A DNA stretch of 64,000 nucleotides from Azolla caroliniana. Lineage: Eukaryota > Plantae > Polypodiophyta. A model generated the notes under the pieces. That model was not told the origin of the DNA and ran no database searches. It saw only the letters and a list, made by a program, of their open reading frames with translations. This document shows positions 12,283-24,701 of the stretch, piece after piece. The translations under genes and the position numbers were made by a program. The stretch is from contig JBHGNT010000010.1 of the NCBI GenBank assembly GCA_043228905.1, positions 3,782,001 to 3,846,000 of the forward strand. The letters are read 5' to 3'. Positions within the stretch are counted from its first letter, which is position 1; every line of letters starts with the position of its first letter.

Positions 12283-15200
12283 ACGTGTTAGATCCGGGGT
12301 GGAACCACAGGGATCTTGGACCAGAGAGAGACGGAGTATGGAAGGCCGAGCTTCACCTTTTCTCGCGACCAGCCAAGACACCAACCAGCGCATTTCCGGA
12401 TACGTACCAGGAGCAACCATATGAGAGCAGGAAAAAAAAAGACGTGCATGCAACAATGACTCGACTCACGCATCCTATGTACTGAAACCAGAAAGAAGGA
12501 ACTCCAAAGACACTGACATAGACACAGATGCACAAAACTTAACTAAATATATATATGTATATACAAGAGCAAGATACAACTCCGGCTCCGAGCCGGACTG
12601 AGGTAGGTTAGGTCACAACAGCAATACGCTGCCAAGCTACCGATTAGGGAGCTCTCGGGCTTGTCGCGCCGCGCGGGGTCTTGCACAGGAGACCGAGCAA
12701 AAGCAGACTCCACACGACATACAAGCTCTTCACCAAATTGAACCCTAAACAGACATGAAGAAGAAGAAGAAAACTGCCAAGATGAAACCCTAAAGAAATA
12801 GGGTGAAAGAACAAAGTAAAAACCCTAAGGGAATAAGAGAAAGATGAAGACCAAGAACTACCAAACCCTAAATCTAACGGTATACCCTCCTAACTCAAAA
12901 TGGGCAACCCCTTTTCAAAGGGCGCTCCCTTCCTTTTATAGAACGAGGAGAGGCATACGTGACAATATGGGATAAATCCCGATTTACATGGGATTCTCTG
13001 TCCCGACTTGACTCCTACTCGGTGCCATTAAGGCACCCCTATTATTCACACGGTTTTACAAGGGTGAGCGCACATGATGCACTCCGCCGATTCTCCCGAT
13101 ATTCCCCGGTTTCTCACCTTGGCCCAAAATCTTCACGACATCCATCCCCACCAAACCGCACGTCCACCGGTACGTGCCAAGTTCGGAGAAGGGTGAGAGA
13201 TTCCGGCCGGTGAGGAACCGGTCTTCCGTAATCCGCATTTTGGTTGCGTGTTGGCCTCGCCAGTTCGAACCGTCGGCTCTGGTTCCTTCTCCGCGTTTTC
13301 CTCCCTGTAGGCTTGTTCGACCTCTCGATGGGTCATTCGCCGCGATCCCGTAGTGTGTGTGTTTCCCGTTGGCCCTTCTTTTGGCCGCATGCACATTTCG
13401 TTCCTCCAGATACGCGGTGTCCTCCGTCCGAGGAGCACCCGTGATGGCCTGCTTGGCCTCCGTCGACCTTCGTGTCGTCTCGGTTCTCGTTTCGTACTGA
13501 TCTACGCCGCCTTCGTCCCCTCGCCGCCACCTACCTTTTCCTTGGTCTTACGTTGCCATGGCGGCCGAACGGCCAAGATCTCCAGAACCAGTGTGGAGGA
13601 TCCCTCTCCGGCCTTCTAAGTGAGATCACCTAGACCGGCAACCCATCTTTGCGCCCGTATTCTCGCTCTGGCACCTCCGTGTGCCGCGCATCCCCCTTCT
13701 TGTGTTCGGCTCCACGGGTGCCGAACTCCAGTTACTTCACATGCACGCGTCGTCAACCCTCGCCCAGCCAGATCGTGCATCACCGCTTCTCCGCATATCG
13801 GTGTCCTCCGCGTACAAGGAACAACCCGTAGTAGCCCACTTGGCCACTTTCGTTCACGCCACGTCGGCCGAACTGTCGGGGTCTCCGGACAGGTGTGAAG
13901 GATTCTTCTTGGGCCTCCGATTTGTTGGGTCACTGAGTTGTGTACCAAGCGCGTCCGATCTTTGTCATGCCGACTCTGCTTATCGAGTCTGTATATGGTT
14001 TTTGGCCGTGTTGCCGGCCTTATACCTCTTTCTGCTCTTCCGGCCCATGCTTTGTCGTATCCCATTCACCTACCACCATCGTCCTTCTCTCTAGGTCTCA
14101 CACCGGCCCTTGGCCCGACTGCTGGAGTCTCCAGATCAGTGTGAGGATCGTCGTACAATCGCCCATCCGCAGTTCTACGTTGTATCTCGGGATCTCATTC
14201 ACGTGCCGCCACCGTCCACCTCTCTAGGTCTCACGCCGACTGTCAAGCCGACCGCCGGAGTCTCCGAATCGGTGTGACAATCGCCGTAGGATCTCCTATC
14301 CGCTGCCTTTACCCTTGTCCCCTCGCCGCCACCATCAATCTCTTGGTCTTATGTCGGATCCGATGCCGACCGCCTAAGTCTCTAGCCTGGTGTGGAGGAT
14401 CCTCCTTGGGCCTCTCGTCTTCCCCGACCCTATCACGGGTCGTACTTCTCCGCATGTCGAGAGGGTGCCTTGCTCCACACCCTCTCCCGTGGCACCGATG
14501 TACCGTGTTCCAGCCTCCCCATAGGCCTGCTTCTTCCTCCCTTCTGGATCAGTTATCCGGAAGTTCGCTCCACCCTATTCTCATCCTGGTCCATCCGTCA
14601 CTCTCTAAATTGCCGGGTCCCGTTCTCCTGCCGCCGCCGTCAGTATCTTGGTCTTACGTCGGATCCGATGCCGACCGCCGAAGTCTCTAGCCTGGTGTGA
14701 GGTGACCCATAGGACTGGGCTTCGTTGCCTTTGCTTTCGGATCGGTTGTATTGGTCGTGACCTCCGCGTCCTCGCCGCCACCTTCCGTTTCTTAGATCTT
14801 ACATTGGTTCTCAGACGCAACCGCCTAAGTCTCGGGAACGAGTGTGGAGGACCCATACTTTAGCCAACCGTCTCTTTTGTTTCTCCCTGTCGCCGTCGAT
14901 CTCCTTCCGTGGGCTTCCCCACCATCTCCCTTCTCTTTCGGTCTCACGTTGTCACACCGGCCGAACCGCCGAAATCTCCGGTCAAGATGTGGGGATACCG
15001 ATTTCATAATGACTCCTGATTACTTGTCCCAGGCCACCGACCCTTTTAGTGGTGTCGGCGGAAAGCATCCGCTCTATGATCGATCAAGCCCCGCTTGGGC
15101 TTGATTCTCCAATGTTCGGAGTTTCGGCTCCGATGCCGACCCCGCCGGACTCGTTCATTACTCTCGATCATCTTCTTCCCGATTCCCGACCTTCTCCCGG

Positions 15201-16174
15201 TCGGTCTTTCTCCCCATGTATAGAGGGCATCTCGCTCCACACCCTCTGCCGTGGTACCATCATACCATTCCTCGGCCTCTGCCTGGGCCATGTCCGCCTT
15301 GTCCGGAAGGCCGATTTTCTCTACGTCTTCGGAATCCGTCCGCGTCCCGGATCTCTCTTCCTCCTCAACCTTCGGCTTCAGAGCCTCGTACGCTTCCCGG
15401 ACCAAGGCTTCGACATCGAGCTTCGTTGATCCTTCTTGTTGCATGCCCGCTTCCTGTCGTGATGACACGCCGTCGCGCATTATCTTCCCTTTGCCTTTCA
15501 CCGACCACTCCTCGTCCAACCTTCGGCATACTCGTTCACGTTCCGACCAGTCCTCGGTAAGGCCATTTGCTCTGTCATCTTCTTCAAGCTCAATCCCGAT
15601 GGCCTCCCGTTCCGCTCGGTCGATCGACCTAACGAACAACAGGACTTTGTCCGCCCCCACCAGACTTTGCTCCCGCTCCGAGAGCCGTGCAAGCCGCCGC
15701 TCGAACTCTCAGAACGCCTTTGTTGCGGCCCGGTGGGTCTTCGCCGATGCAACCCACTGGTCGAAGTCGCGTTGTCCCTGACTCTTCTACTGTCCTCCAT
15801 ATGCGTGCAAGAGCGCCTATTCGAAGGCCTCCCACGAACTGTGAGCTTCTTGGAGCTCCTTTACTTCCGCATGCATATGGACGGCAACGACCCGACAAAA
15901 GAACTCCAACCTCAAAGCCTCGTCTACGCTTCGCACCTCCATTTCTACGTTGTAGGCTTCCAAGTAGAATGGGACTTTGTCCCCATTGAAACAGCCGACT
16001 CTTTTGACCACTTGCTCAATAGCTTGTTGCGTTGCTTCTCGCCTCATCACCACTTGTCCGAACTCCAACACCACTTCGGCCACCATCTCCGCAAGGTCAT
16101 CGTCTTCCAACTCCATCCTCCCTTGCCGCCTCTTCACGTTGGGTTCACCAAATATGTCACGCTAATCCACGCGT
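12283..16174 (-). mobile_element. Non-autonomous tRNA-Trp gypsy derivative: 3' LTR (about 12283-13140), internal repeats, gag remnant, PBS and 5' LTR stub
   Basis: Gag ORFs 15817-16137 (VGCFNGDKVPFYLEAY) and 15046-15660 (DKVLLFVRSID). PBS at 16133-16150, LTR terminus at 16155, PPT at about 13141-13152. Confidence 0.75.
16133..16150 (-). promoter_or_regulatory. Primer-binding site complementary to tRNA-Trp
   Basis: The plus strand reads TTCACGTTGGGTTCACCA, a 17/18 match to the plant tRNA-Trp 3' end as I recall it (TTCACGTCGGGTTCACCA). Four nt from the LTR terminus. Confidence 0.8.
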
Positions 16175-16233
16175 TGTCGCATTGTTACGCGCATGCGTGT
16201 AGAAAGAGGCGGGACCACGGGGGTCTCGGACCA

Positions 16234-16273
<40 letters not shown>

Positions 16274-17601
16274 AGTACACAGAGAGAGATTAAGAGCAAG
16301 GAAAACCGGAATCCGGTTACTATAGTCCATAGCTTACAACTGGCAACCTGGTAATAGACCCGACACGGGGTCCTACTCACGCACACCGACGACAGCCACA
16401 CGACTCGAAGAAACGAAAGGGGAAAGGGGGAGGAGAGAGACTCCGCTGGAAGCACATGGGTTGTCCACGAAGCAGAGGCAGCGAACTCTTGACACCCGCA
16501 GAGAACGACGATCGGAGGAGAGAGAGCTCGGCACTCGGTTCTGCAGCAACACTTCGTCCTCGCCAACGCGCAATATCCTCTCTTCCTTCTCTCCTCTCCT
16601 TAAATAGTTTCCAAAAAGGGGTTCCCTTTTCCCCTAGTCAAATCGCTTTATTCCCTGTCCCTTCTGACAGAGATACGCACAATCCCCTAATAAATGTGTA
16701 CTACTTAGTATTTACATCAGCCGATCCATTTACGAATCAATATCAAAATATCAATTCACGCGTCCATCTGTGTAAGAGCCGGTTGATGCGCCTTTTTGTT
16801 CGATTCCGCCTATGGCCGGTTTTCCTCTCGACATCCACCCCCACCAAACCGCACATCCACCGGCATGCGCCAGAGACAGGTAGATACCGAAGAAAACCGG
16901 CTTCACTCGTCGCTCTCCGATTCTCCGCTGGGCCCGAACCGATCGTCGTTGTCGCTCCCGCTCGCAGGGTCCGGCTCGTCTTCGAACCTCTTTTTGAACG
17001 CTTTGATCCGCTTCCCGGCAACCGGCACTGCTAACCGTGTCCCGTCGAGTTACGCGAGGTGGTACGTGCCGTTGTCGTTCACGCTCTTCACCGTGTAGGG
17101 CCCGAACCACCTCCTAGCAAACTTTCGCACCGCCTTGTGCTGATTGTCGAGGCTGTTGTCGTACACCAAGACCCAGTCGCCTTCCTTGATCTTCTTTGGT
17201 CGCAATCGGTGTGTCCGGTTGAACCGGGTCTTGTTTCGCTCCCTCGCCGCCCGCAGCTTTTCCTTCGCCTTTTCATGTCCTCCGGCCTCCGCAAGAGTTG
17301 CCGAATCCGCGCCGCCAGCAACTCCTCCCGGCTCATCTCGTCCTTCCAATCTACCACCGCCCATGAAGAAACCGTCTGTTCCACCGGCATGATCAGCTTC
17401 TGTCCGTACATCACCTCTGCCGGCATAAACCCTGTCACCGAACTGTGTGTAGTTCGGTTTGCCCATAGTGCGTAAGGAAGGAGCCACGGCCAATTTCCGA
17501 CCTGCCCTCTGCATGCGTGCACCAACGCCTTTACTATTCTACCTTCCCGTTCTACCTTCTCGTTCGCCTTTGGATTGTACGCTTTAGTGAGGGAGAGTTT
17601 G

Positions 17602-17626
17602 GGGTAAAAGCATGCGAGTGGAAACA
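17602..17626 (+). repeat. Left terminal inverted repeat
   Basis: Reverse complement of 35550-35574 with one mismatch. Confidence 0.9.
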
Positions 17627-18149
17627 CTATTATAGCTAATTAGCTACTAAAATGGCCATAGCTAATTAGCTATTTGTTTAGCTAGTCTTTCTTGTGGGAA
17701 AATCAAATATTTGAAAAACTAATTTATGAAAAAACTCAAATATTTGAACTTCTGTTTCAGACGTAGTGGAACTTGGGGAATATCACCATCATCTAAGGTC
17801 GACTTCAATGTCATCAATTTCCTGTTTAGCCTAAGTCTGATTTTGAACGCAGATGGAGTACTCAGAGCACGAACGCAGACGTAGCTCCCGCAACAGCAAA
17901 AAATCGACATTGCAGATTGAGAGCTACAACACAGAACCCGCTCGATCATCGTCCAGGTATGTTTCAGTTACAGAAACCCCAAACATTTGTTTTTTCTTTT
18001 TGACTACTGTCTGAACTTTGGTGCCGATTCATATTTCCCCAAAATCGAATAGGGCGAAGTCCTTGGAGTCCCATACAAGGATGTCTCGCAAATCGGGGAG
18101 TAGCAACAGGTGTGTTTATATTACTTTTTTTGTGTTTAATCCTGTCTTT

Positions 18150-18520
18150 AGTGATTAGGGTTTGTGATTGAAATTTCTGATTAGGGTTTGTGATTGAAAT
18201 TTCTGATTAGGGTTTTTGATTATAAATTTCTGATTAGAATTTTTGAATAGGGTTTCTGGTTACAAATTTTGATTACAAATTAGAATTTCTGAATAGGGTT
18301 TTTGTTTATAAATTTCTGCTTAGGATTTCTGATTAGGGTTTGTTATTGAAATTTTTTATTAGGGTTTCTGATTGAAATTTCTGATTAGGGTTTTTGATTA
18401 TAAATTTCTGATTAGAATTTCTGAATAAGGTTTCTGGTTACAAACTTCTGATTACAGATTTTGATTAGGGTTTCTAATTTCAAACTTCTGATTACAGATT
18501 TTGATTAGGTTAAGTTAAAG
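18150..18520. repeat. ~26-bp tandem repeat (TAGGGTTT[C/G]TGATTGAAATTTCTGAT) in intron 1 of the cargo gene
   Basis: About ten degenerate copies, each with a telo-box-like TAGGGTTT. Confidence 0.75.
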
Positions 18521-19949
18521 ATTTTGCACCATTTTTGTTGTTGTTGATTGGGGTTTTTGATTCTCACATATTCTGATTTTGCACTATTTCTGATTTCTGA
18601 AATGATATTTCAGATGGCTCGTTCCTCCGTATACGAGAGTGCTAAACTTCGCAAAATTTTGCGAGACAAAGGAGGACTTCCACAACACCTATGGTCTGTC
18701 ACTCGAGGGTGTTGACCCTGCTGTCCTAAGTGATAAATTGATCAGTGATATAGACTGGATGACAGTATATACAGTGCCTAGAGTCAAAGGCAAGGTCAAG
18801 CTGAAGCATGTACGAGCCGACTTGTACGATGACTGCATGAGACTGCACCAGAAAGTTCATCAGGAGATCCCAGTCAACAATGAGTTGTCAGTTTCATTTG
18901 CTAGAGCATTTGCATATGAGTATTGCAAAACAGCGAAGGAATCTAGAGACCCTGAAATGTATAGGGTAGCTTGGGCAGTCTATGGTGAGGCATCGGTAAA
19001 AAGATGCCGAAAGATGGGGACCTTGGCACAAAAAATAGACAGATTTTGGAGCATGGCAGCTGTTGATGCAACTGCCGACTCCCAGCAAGACCGGGGGCAT
19101 ACACCACACCGACACCCAAGGAAAGCCAATGTCGATGATACAGGTGAGACATTGGTTAGCTATATGCTAAAAAATGTCCATGAAGCCTGTGAGACATTGG
19201 CATTTTTTAAGACTGATTTAGAGAAAGCCACAATGGCTTCTGCAATGGAGAGCAAAGTTACTTTTGCTGTTACAACAATTAGAAATAAGATTCAGGTAAC
19301 TATTGTTTTGCTGGTATGTGATTGTGTTATAAATAACGGGTAAAATGTGCTAATCAAGCATTATCTGGAATAGGTTGCGCAACAGGAGCTTGAATTAGAG
19401 GGGCCACTGGATCCCTAGCGTAAAATAGAACTGCAAATAGAGATCCAGGTTCTTTCAATGAACCTGGACCTTCTAGGTGTAAATACTGTTGCAGATTACA
19501 ATTTGGATAAGCTTCAAGTAAGTTAACGATTCCTGAGCAAAGTTGGTGTATCTTTCAACAACAAGAATAATTAATCGGTAAATTTCTCTGTTGCGTTGAA
19601 GGAACAATACATTCATCAAGAACAGGTAGTTAGCTGCCTTAAGAAGAAGCTACATTTTGTGGAGGGAATGGTAAGGACCAGACAGGATTTGGACCTGAAC
19701 ATTCTTGCTCCCTTACCAAATGAAGTAGAACCAGAAAATGATTTATTGACAGTTCAAGCACGTTGCATCGCTTGCGGGTTAGGTGTGGAGGACAAAACTG
19801 CGTCTTTGTTGGTTCACCTACAACCATGCAACCACACATACCATCTGCTTTGTTTTCAACATGCCTGTCGAATTGCTGCATTCTGTTTGGGAGATTGCAG
19901 TACAACTCTACCAAATGAGTGGAGAAAACAAACAGGTATACCATACTGT

Positions 19950-21502
19950 AGCTAATAAGCTTAGTCTTTTCTAATTAGCTATCCTACTAGCTAATTAGCT
20001 ACTGGCAGCTAATGAGCTACTAGCTAATTAGCTATCCTAGTAGCTAATTAGCTATGGTACTAGCTAATTAGCTAGTACCATAGTTGTGTAAAAAAGCTAA
20101 ATAGCTATCCTACTAGCTAATTAGCCACCGGCAACTAATTAGCTATCCTAGTAACTAATTAGCTACTGCCATAGTTGTGTAAAGTAGCTAATAAGCTATC
20201 CTAGTAGCTAGTTAGCTATGGTACTAGCTAATTAGCTAGTACCATAGTTGTGTAAAAAAGCTAATTAGCTATCCTACTAGCTAATTAGCTACTGGCAACT
20301 AATTAGCTATCCTACTAGCTAATTAGCTATCCTACTAGCTAATTAGCTATCCTACTAGCTAATTAGCTATCATAGTAGCTAATTAGCTACTGACATAGTT
20401 GTGTAAAGTAGCTAATTAGCTATCCTAGTAGCTAATTAGCTACTGGCAGCTAATTAGCTGTCCTAGTAGCTAATAAGCTATCCTAGCTACTACATAGTTG
20501 AGAAAGTAGCTAATTAGCTTTCATTGTAGCTAATTAGCTATCCTAGCTACCACCATAGTTAATAAAGTAGCTAATTAGCTATCCTAGCTACTACCATAGT
20601 TAGTAAAGTAGCTAATTAGCTATCCTAGCTACTACCATAGTTGAGTAAAGTAGCTAATTAGCTACCATAGTAGCTAATTAGCTATCCTAGCTACTACTAT
20701 AGTTGTGTAAAGTAGCTAATAAGCTATCCTACTAGCTAATTAGCTATCCTAGTAGGTAATTAGCTATGGTACTAGCTAATTAGCTAGTACTATAGTTGTG
20801 TAAAAAAGCTAATTAGGTATCCTACTAGCTAATTAGCCACTGGCAACTAATTAGCTATCCTAGTAACTAATTAACTACTGCCATAGTTGTGTAAAGTAGC
20901 TAATAAGCTATCCTAGTAGCTAATTAGCTACTAGCAGCTAATTAGCTATCCTAGTAGCTAATTAGCTATCCTACTAGCTAATTAGCTACTACCATAGTTG
21001 AGTAAAGTAGCTAATTAGCTATCCTACTAGCTAATTAGCTACTACCATAGTTGAGTAAAGTACCTAATTAGCTATCCTACTAGCTAATTAGCTACTGGCA
21101 ACTAATTAGCTATCCTAGTAGCTAATTAGCTATCCTAGTAGCTAATTAGCTGCTGGCAACTAATTAGCTATCCTACTAGCGAATTAGCTATCCTAGTAGC
21201 TACTGCCATAGTTGTGTAAAGTAGCTAATAAGCTATCCTAGTAGCTAATTAGCTACTGGCAGCTAATTAGCTATCCTAGTAGCTAATTAGCTACTGGCAG
21301 CTAATTAGCTGTCCTAGTAGCTAATAAGCTATCCTAACTACTACCATAGTTGAGTAAAGTACCTAATTAGCTATCCTAACTACTACCATAGTTGAGTAAA
21401 GTACCTAATTAGCTATCATACTAGCTAATTAGCTATCGTACTAGCTAATTAGCTATCCTAGCTTCTACCATAGTTTAGTAAAGTAGCTAATTAGCTATCC
21501 TA
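19950..21502. repeat. Palindromic TAGCTAATTAGCTA minisatellite filling predicted intron 19936-21524
   Basis: Dozens of copies of a 14-bp perfect palindrome with short spacers and CATAGTTG(T/A)GTAAAG linkers. Confidence 0.95.
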
Positions 21503-22309
21503 AATAACTGTCATGTTATTGTAGAATCTTGTGGATTAAGGACGGCACATGATGTGTCTGGTGCTGATGATGCTGCAACAGATGAGGATACTACTGCCAA
21601 TGTGGCTGAAAGTAAGAGTCCTGCTATCACATCTCCTTCAGATCAGCTGCACCCTATTCTTTTGGAACAGTGTACTGAATTAGGCAACGATGTGAAATGC
21701 CATGAAATAGTGGAAACAACATGTAAAACTGAGGTTCACAACAACAGTGTTTATGAACACTTGATGCAACATTTCTTCGAGTCTCAAGACCTTGATTCCA
21801 CCCCACCGAGCCCAACTACTGAAAATGTCCAAACAGATCCCTCTGTACTTGAAAAGCTAGTTCAAGAAACGGCTGATGTGCAATTAGCTGCTGAGGCGAT
21901 GGGAAGGTTGTCGGAGGAGGACACACTTGCGCATTGGGTCCTAGAAGCAAGGCTAAATGGGGAACCAACCAGAAAAAGGCTGAAGAAGGGGCCACGATCG
22001 GGAACAAGACCAGTTACTCGGTCAAGGGGCCCAGACGTAGTGGAGCGAAATACTGTTTAGTTGGATATGATTGTTAGCTTAGGGATTTTGCTAGGGTTTT
22101 ATGAAGTTTTACTATCCTATTGGACAAGTAAAACCTCAGATTGGTTGTTGCTTGATCCACATTATGTAATGGAACTCTATGATGTTTTTCCAAGATAATT
22201 TGAAGAGTGTTGTTCTATGACTGAAACTCTTTGATGTTCAGGATATTGTTTTGTGAGACTAGTAGTTACTTTGTGAGTGTGAATATGTTGGTGTTTTCTG
22301 ATGTTGCAG

Positions 22310-23364
22310 AGTCTAAAGGGTTTGATTCTATTGCTCGTAAGGCCAATGGCAGTGTGGATACTGTTGATGTTGCGGCATGTTTAAAGGGCCCCATCTTGAA
22401 AGTAGATGTAGCAACTGACACAAGTGATCTGGTCACACAAGTTGATCAAGCATGTAGCACGGATGACTTGGTGTTGCAGGTAGATGCAGCATGTAGCACG
22501 GATGACTTGGTGTTGCAGGTAGATGCAGCATGTAGCACGGATGACTTGGTGTTGCAGGTAGATGCAGCATGTGATACCAGTGGATTGATATCGAGCAGAA
22601 CAGTAGCTACATGCACTGAGGTAATCCAAGGATTGATAACTAAGTCGACAAAACAAGAGCACCAGAATGTGAAGCTAGGCCCAACACAGTCGACTAGGGG
22701 TTTAAAGAGGAAAAGGACACCAGTTGTGTCAGCCGAACCTGAGCTGATTGAGATTGATCGTATCCTACCAGAAAATGGTGTAACAGCGGCTCAGTTTCAG
22801 GAATGGAAACCTAAACCACTAGAAGTCGAGCGAAGAGCCTTGATCTTGGAGCTGGATAAAGTCTTGATGAGTGTGAGATATATGCAGCCAAGGAGGGACG
22901 CAAATCAGTTTCTAGAGTGGGCTGCGGAGTACTTCGATTTGTTTATTTGGAGTGAGAAACCAAAATCAGATGTGTGGAAGTGTTTGGCAAGATTCTTCCC
23001 AAAATGGCGAAGTCGTTTTAAAGGTCAATGGGCACGAGAAAATTGTGAGCAAATGGAAGCTGCAAGATTCAAGAGGCTTTCTGATTTTTGGGCTACTTGG
23101 CCTGAATATAATGCTGACAATACATTGATTTTGGATACAGAACATTTCCGACACTACTTCAATATTCGGAGATGCTGTCTCATTCTACCCGAGGAAATGC
23201 CTGAACAGTACCTGGTGCAAACAGTGAGCTGCCAACTAGGTGCATGGTTGTGGACTCCATACCGAGCTCAATATGCGGATAATATATGTAGACTCGTTCC
23301 ACTGACTAGCAAGAGCTTAGCTGTTTATAGGAGATTTGTAGACATTTCCAATGGTAATTTATAA
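22310..23364 (+). CDS. Exon or ORF encoding 13-aa repeats, a basic NLS-like patch and an FCP1/NIF (HAD-family) phosphatase-like domain with an altered catalytic motif
   Basis: ORF 22231-23364; acceptor TGTTGCAG at 22309. The pattern RALILELDKVL..PRRDANQFLEW..YFDLFIWS..WARENC..FKRLSDFW..YNADNTLILD resembles NIF/FCP1 domains, with DxDxT replaced by ELDKV. VDAACSTDDLVLQ occurs 3-4 times; KRKR. Confidence 0.6.
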
Positions 23365-23674
23365 ATATGTAAAGAGATGACATTATTCAATGAAGAATTT
23401 AATTACTTGTTCCCACTATACTTATCTACTATGTAATTTGAGGAATATGTTGCAGATTGTTGATTTCATTCTATTGATGACTATTTAGCTATTGACAGCT
23501 AATTAGCTACATTTGTACAGCTAATTAGCTGCATTTGTACAGCTAATTAGCTGCATTTGTACAACTAATTAGCTACTGATGACTATTTCGCTATAACTTA
23601 TAACTTAAAACTTAACAAAAAAGACATGATTTTATTGAGAAATGTTGGGATTTCGGTCCCTCCGGATGGGATGT

Positions 23675-24240
23675 CCGGATGATGAAGACCCCGGTTACGG
23701 AGCCGGATGACGAAGACCCCGGTTACGGAGCCGGATGACGAAGACCCGGCTACGGAGCCGGATGACGAAGACCCGGTTACGGAGCCGGATGATGAAGACC
23801 CCGGCTACGGAGCCGGATGACGAAGACCCGGTTACGGAGCCGGATGACGAAGACCCGGCTACGGAGCCGGATGACGAAGACCCGGTTACGGAGCCGGATG
23901 ACGAAGACCCCGGTTACGGAGCCGGATGACGAAGACCCGGCTACGGAGCCGGATGACGAAGACCCGGCTACGGAGCCGGATGACGAAGACCCCGGTTACG
24001 GAGCCGGATGACGAAGACCCGGCTACGGAGCCGGATGACGAAGACCCGGTTATGGAGCCGGATGACGAAGACCTGGCTACGGAGCCAGATGAGGAAGACC
24101 CCGGTTACGGAGCCGGATGACGAAGACCCGGCTACGGAGCCGGATGACGAAGACCCGGTTACGGAGCCGGATGACGAAGACCCGGCTACGGAGCCGGATG
24201 ATGAAGACCCCGGTTACGGAGCCGGATGACGAAGCACCCG
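23675..24240. repeat. 27/28-bp tandem array (CCGGATGACGAAGACCCGG[C/T]TACGGAG) in the copia 5' LTR
   Basis: About 20 head-to-tail copies with no unique spacers. Confidence 0.95.
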
Positions 24241-24701
24241 GAGAGAGATCCGGATGCGGAGACTATATTTGTAAATAGCCCGAAAGTCATATGTGTATAA
24301 ATATGACTTAGGGCAAACAGTTTGATGTTGTTGTTGCTCATTTTTCTTTTTCCACTCAGAGGGAGCGAAGTGAGAGCAGCCGAGAGAGAGAGAGAGAGAG
24401 AGAAACGAGGAGGTCGTTGCCTCTGTGTATTACCGCCGCCTGTGGCGAAGACAGTGAGCTCAAGGTTGTTGCCTTGAAGCTTCACCATTGTACATCTCTG
24501 TTCATAGTGATAGTTGGAGAGTGAGGACTCCCGTGGTTTTTCCCATTTAGGGTTTTCCACGTAAAATATCCTGTGTACTCTTCTCTCTATTGTCTTCGTG
24601 TACTTTGTCTTTCCTATTTTCTGTGAGTTGATCCTATTCCTAGGTTGTGGCCGAGCGCTGTTTTGCAACAAAGTGGTATCAGAGCGACGGTAACACAGAA
24701 A

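Larger units (their letters stand above)
18081..22060 (+). pseudogene. Spliced transposon cargo gene (N-terminal domain, putative coiled coil, RING-like finger, acidic tail), about 574 codons, one premature stop
   Basis: Exons 18081-18109, 18614-19295, 19374-19517, 19602-19935 and 21525-22060. All introns are GT-AG and all junctions keep frame (MSRKSGSSNR/WLVPP..., KIQ/VAQ, KLQ/EQY, KQT/ESCG). RING-like CIACG..PCNHTYHLLC..C...C. TAG at 19416-19418. Confidence 0.7.

Noticed and set aside
18150-18520. Interstitial telomere
   Set aside because: TAGGGTTT occurs once per ~26-bp unit rather than as contiguous TTTAGGG repeats.
23735-24229. TEPDDEDP / MTKTRLRS ORFs (also 28906-29427)
   Set aside because: Translations of the LTR minisatellite that shift frame whenever a 28-bp unit occurs.
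23675-24240. Regular 27/28-bp repeats resembling a CRISPR array
   Set aside because: Units are head-to-tail with no unique spacers, lie inside LTRs, and no cas genes are present.
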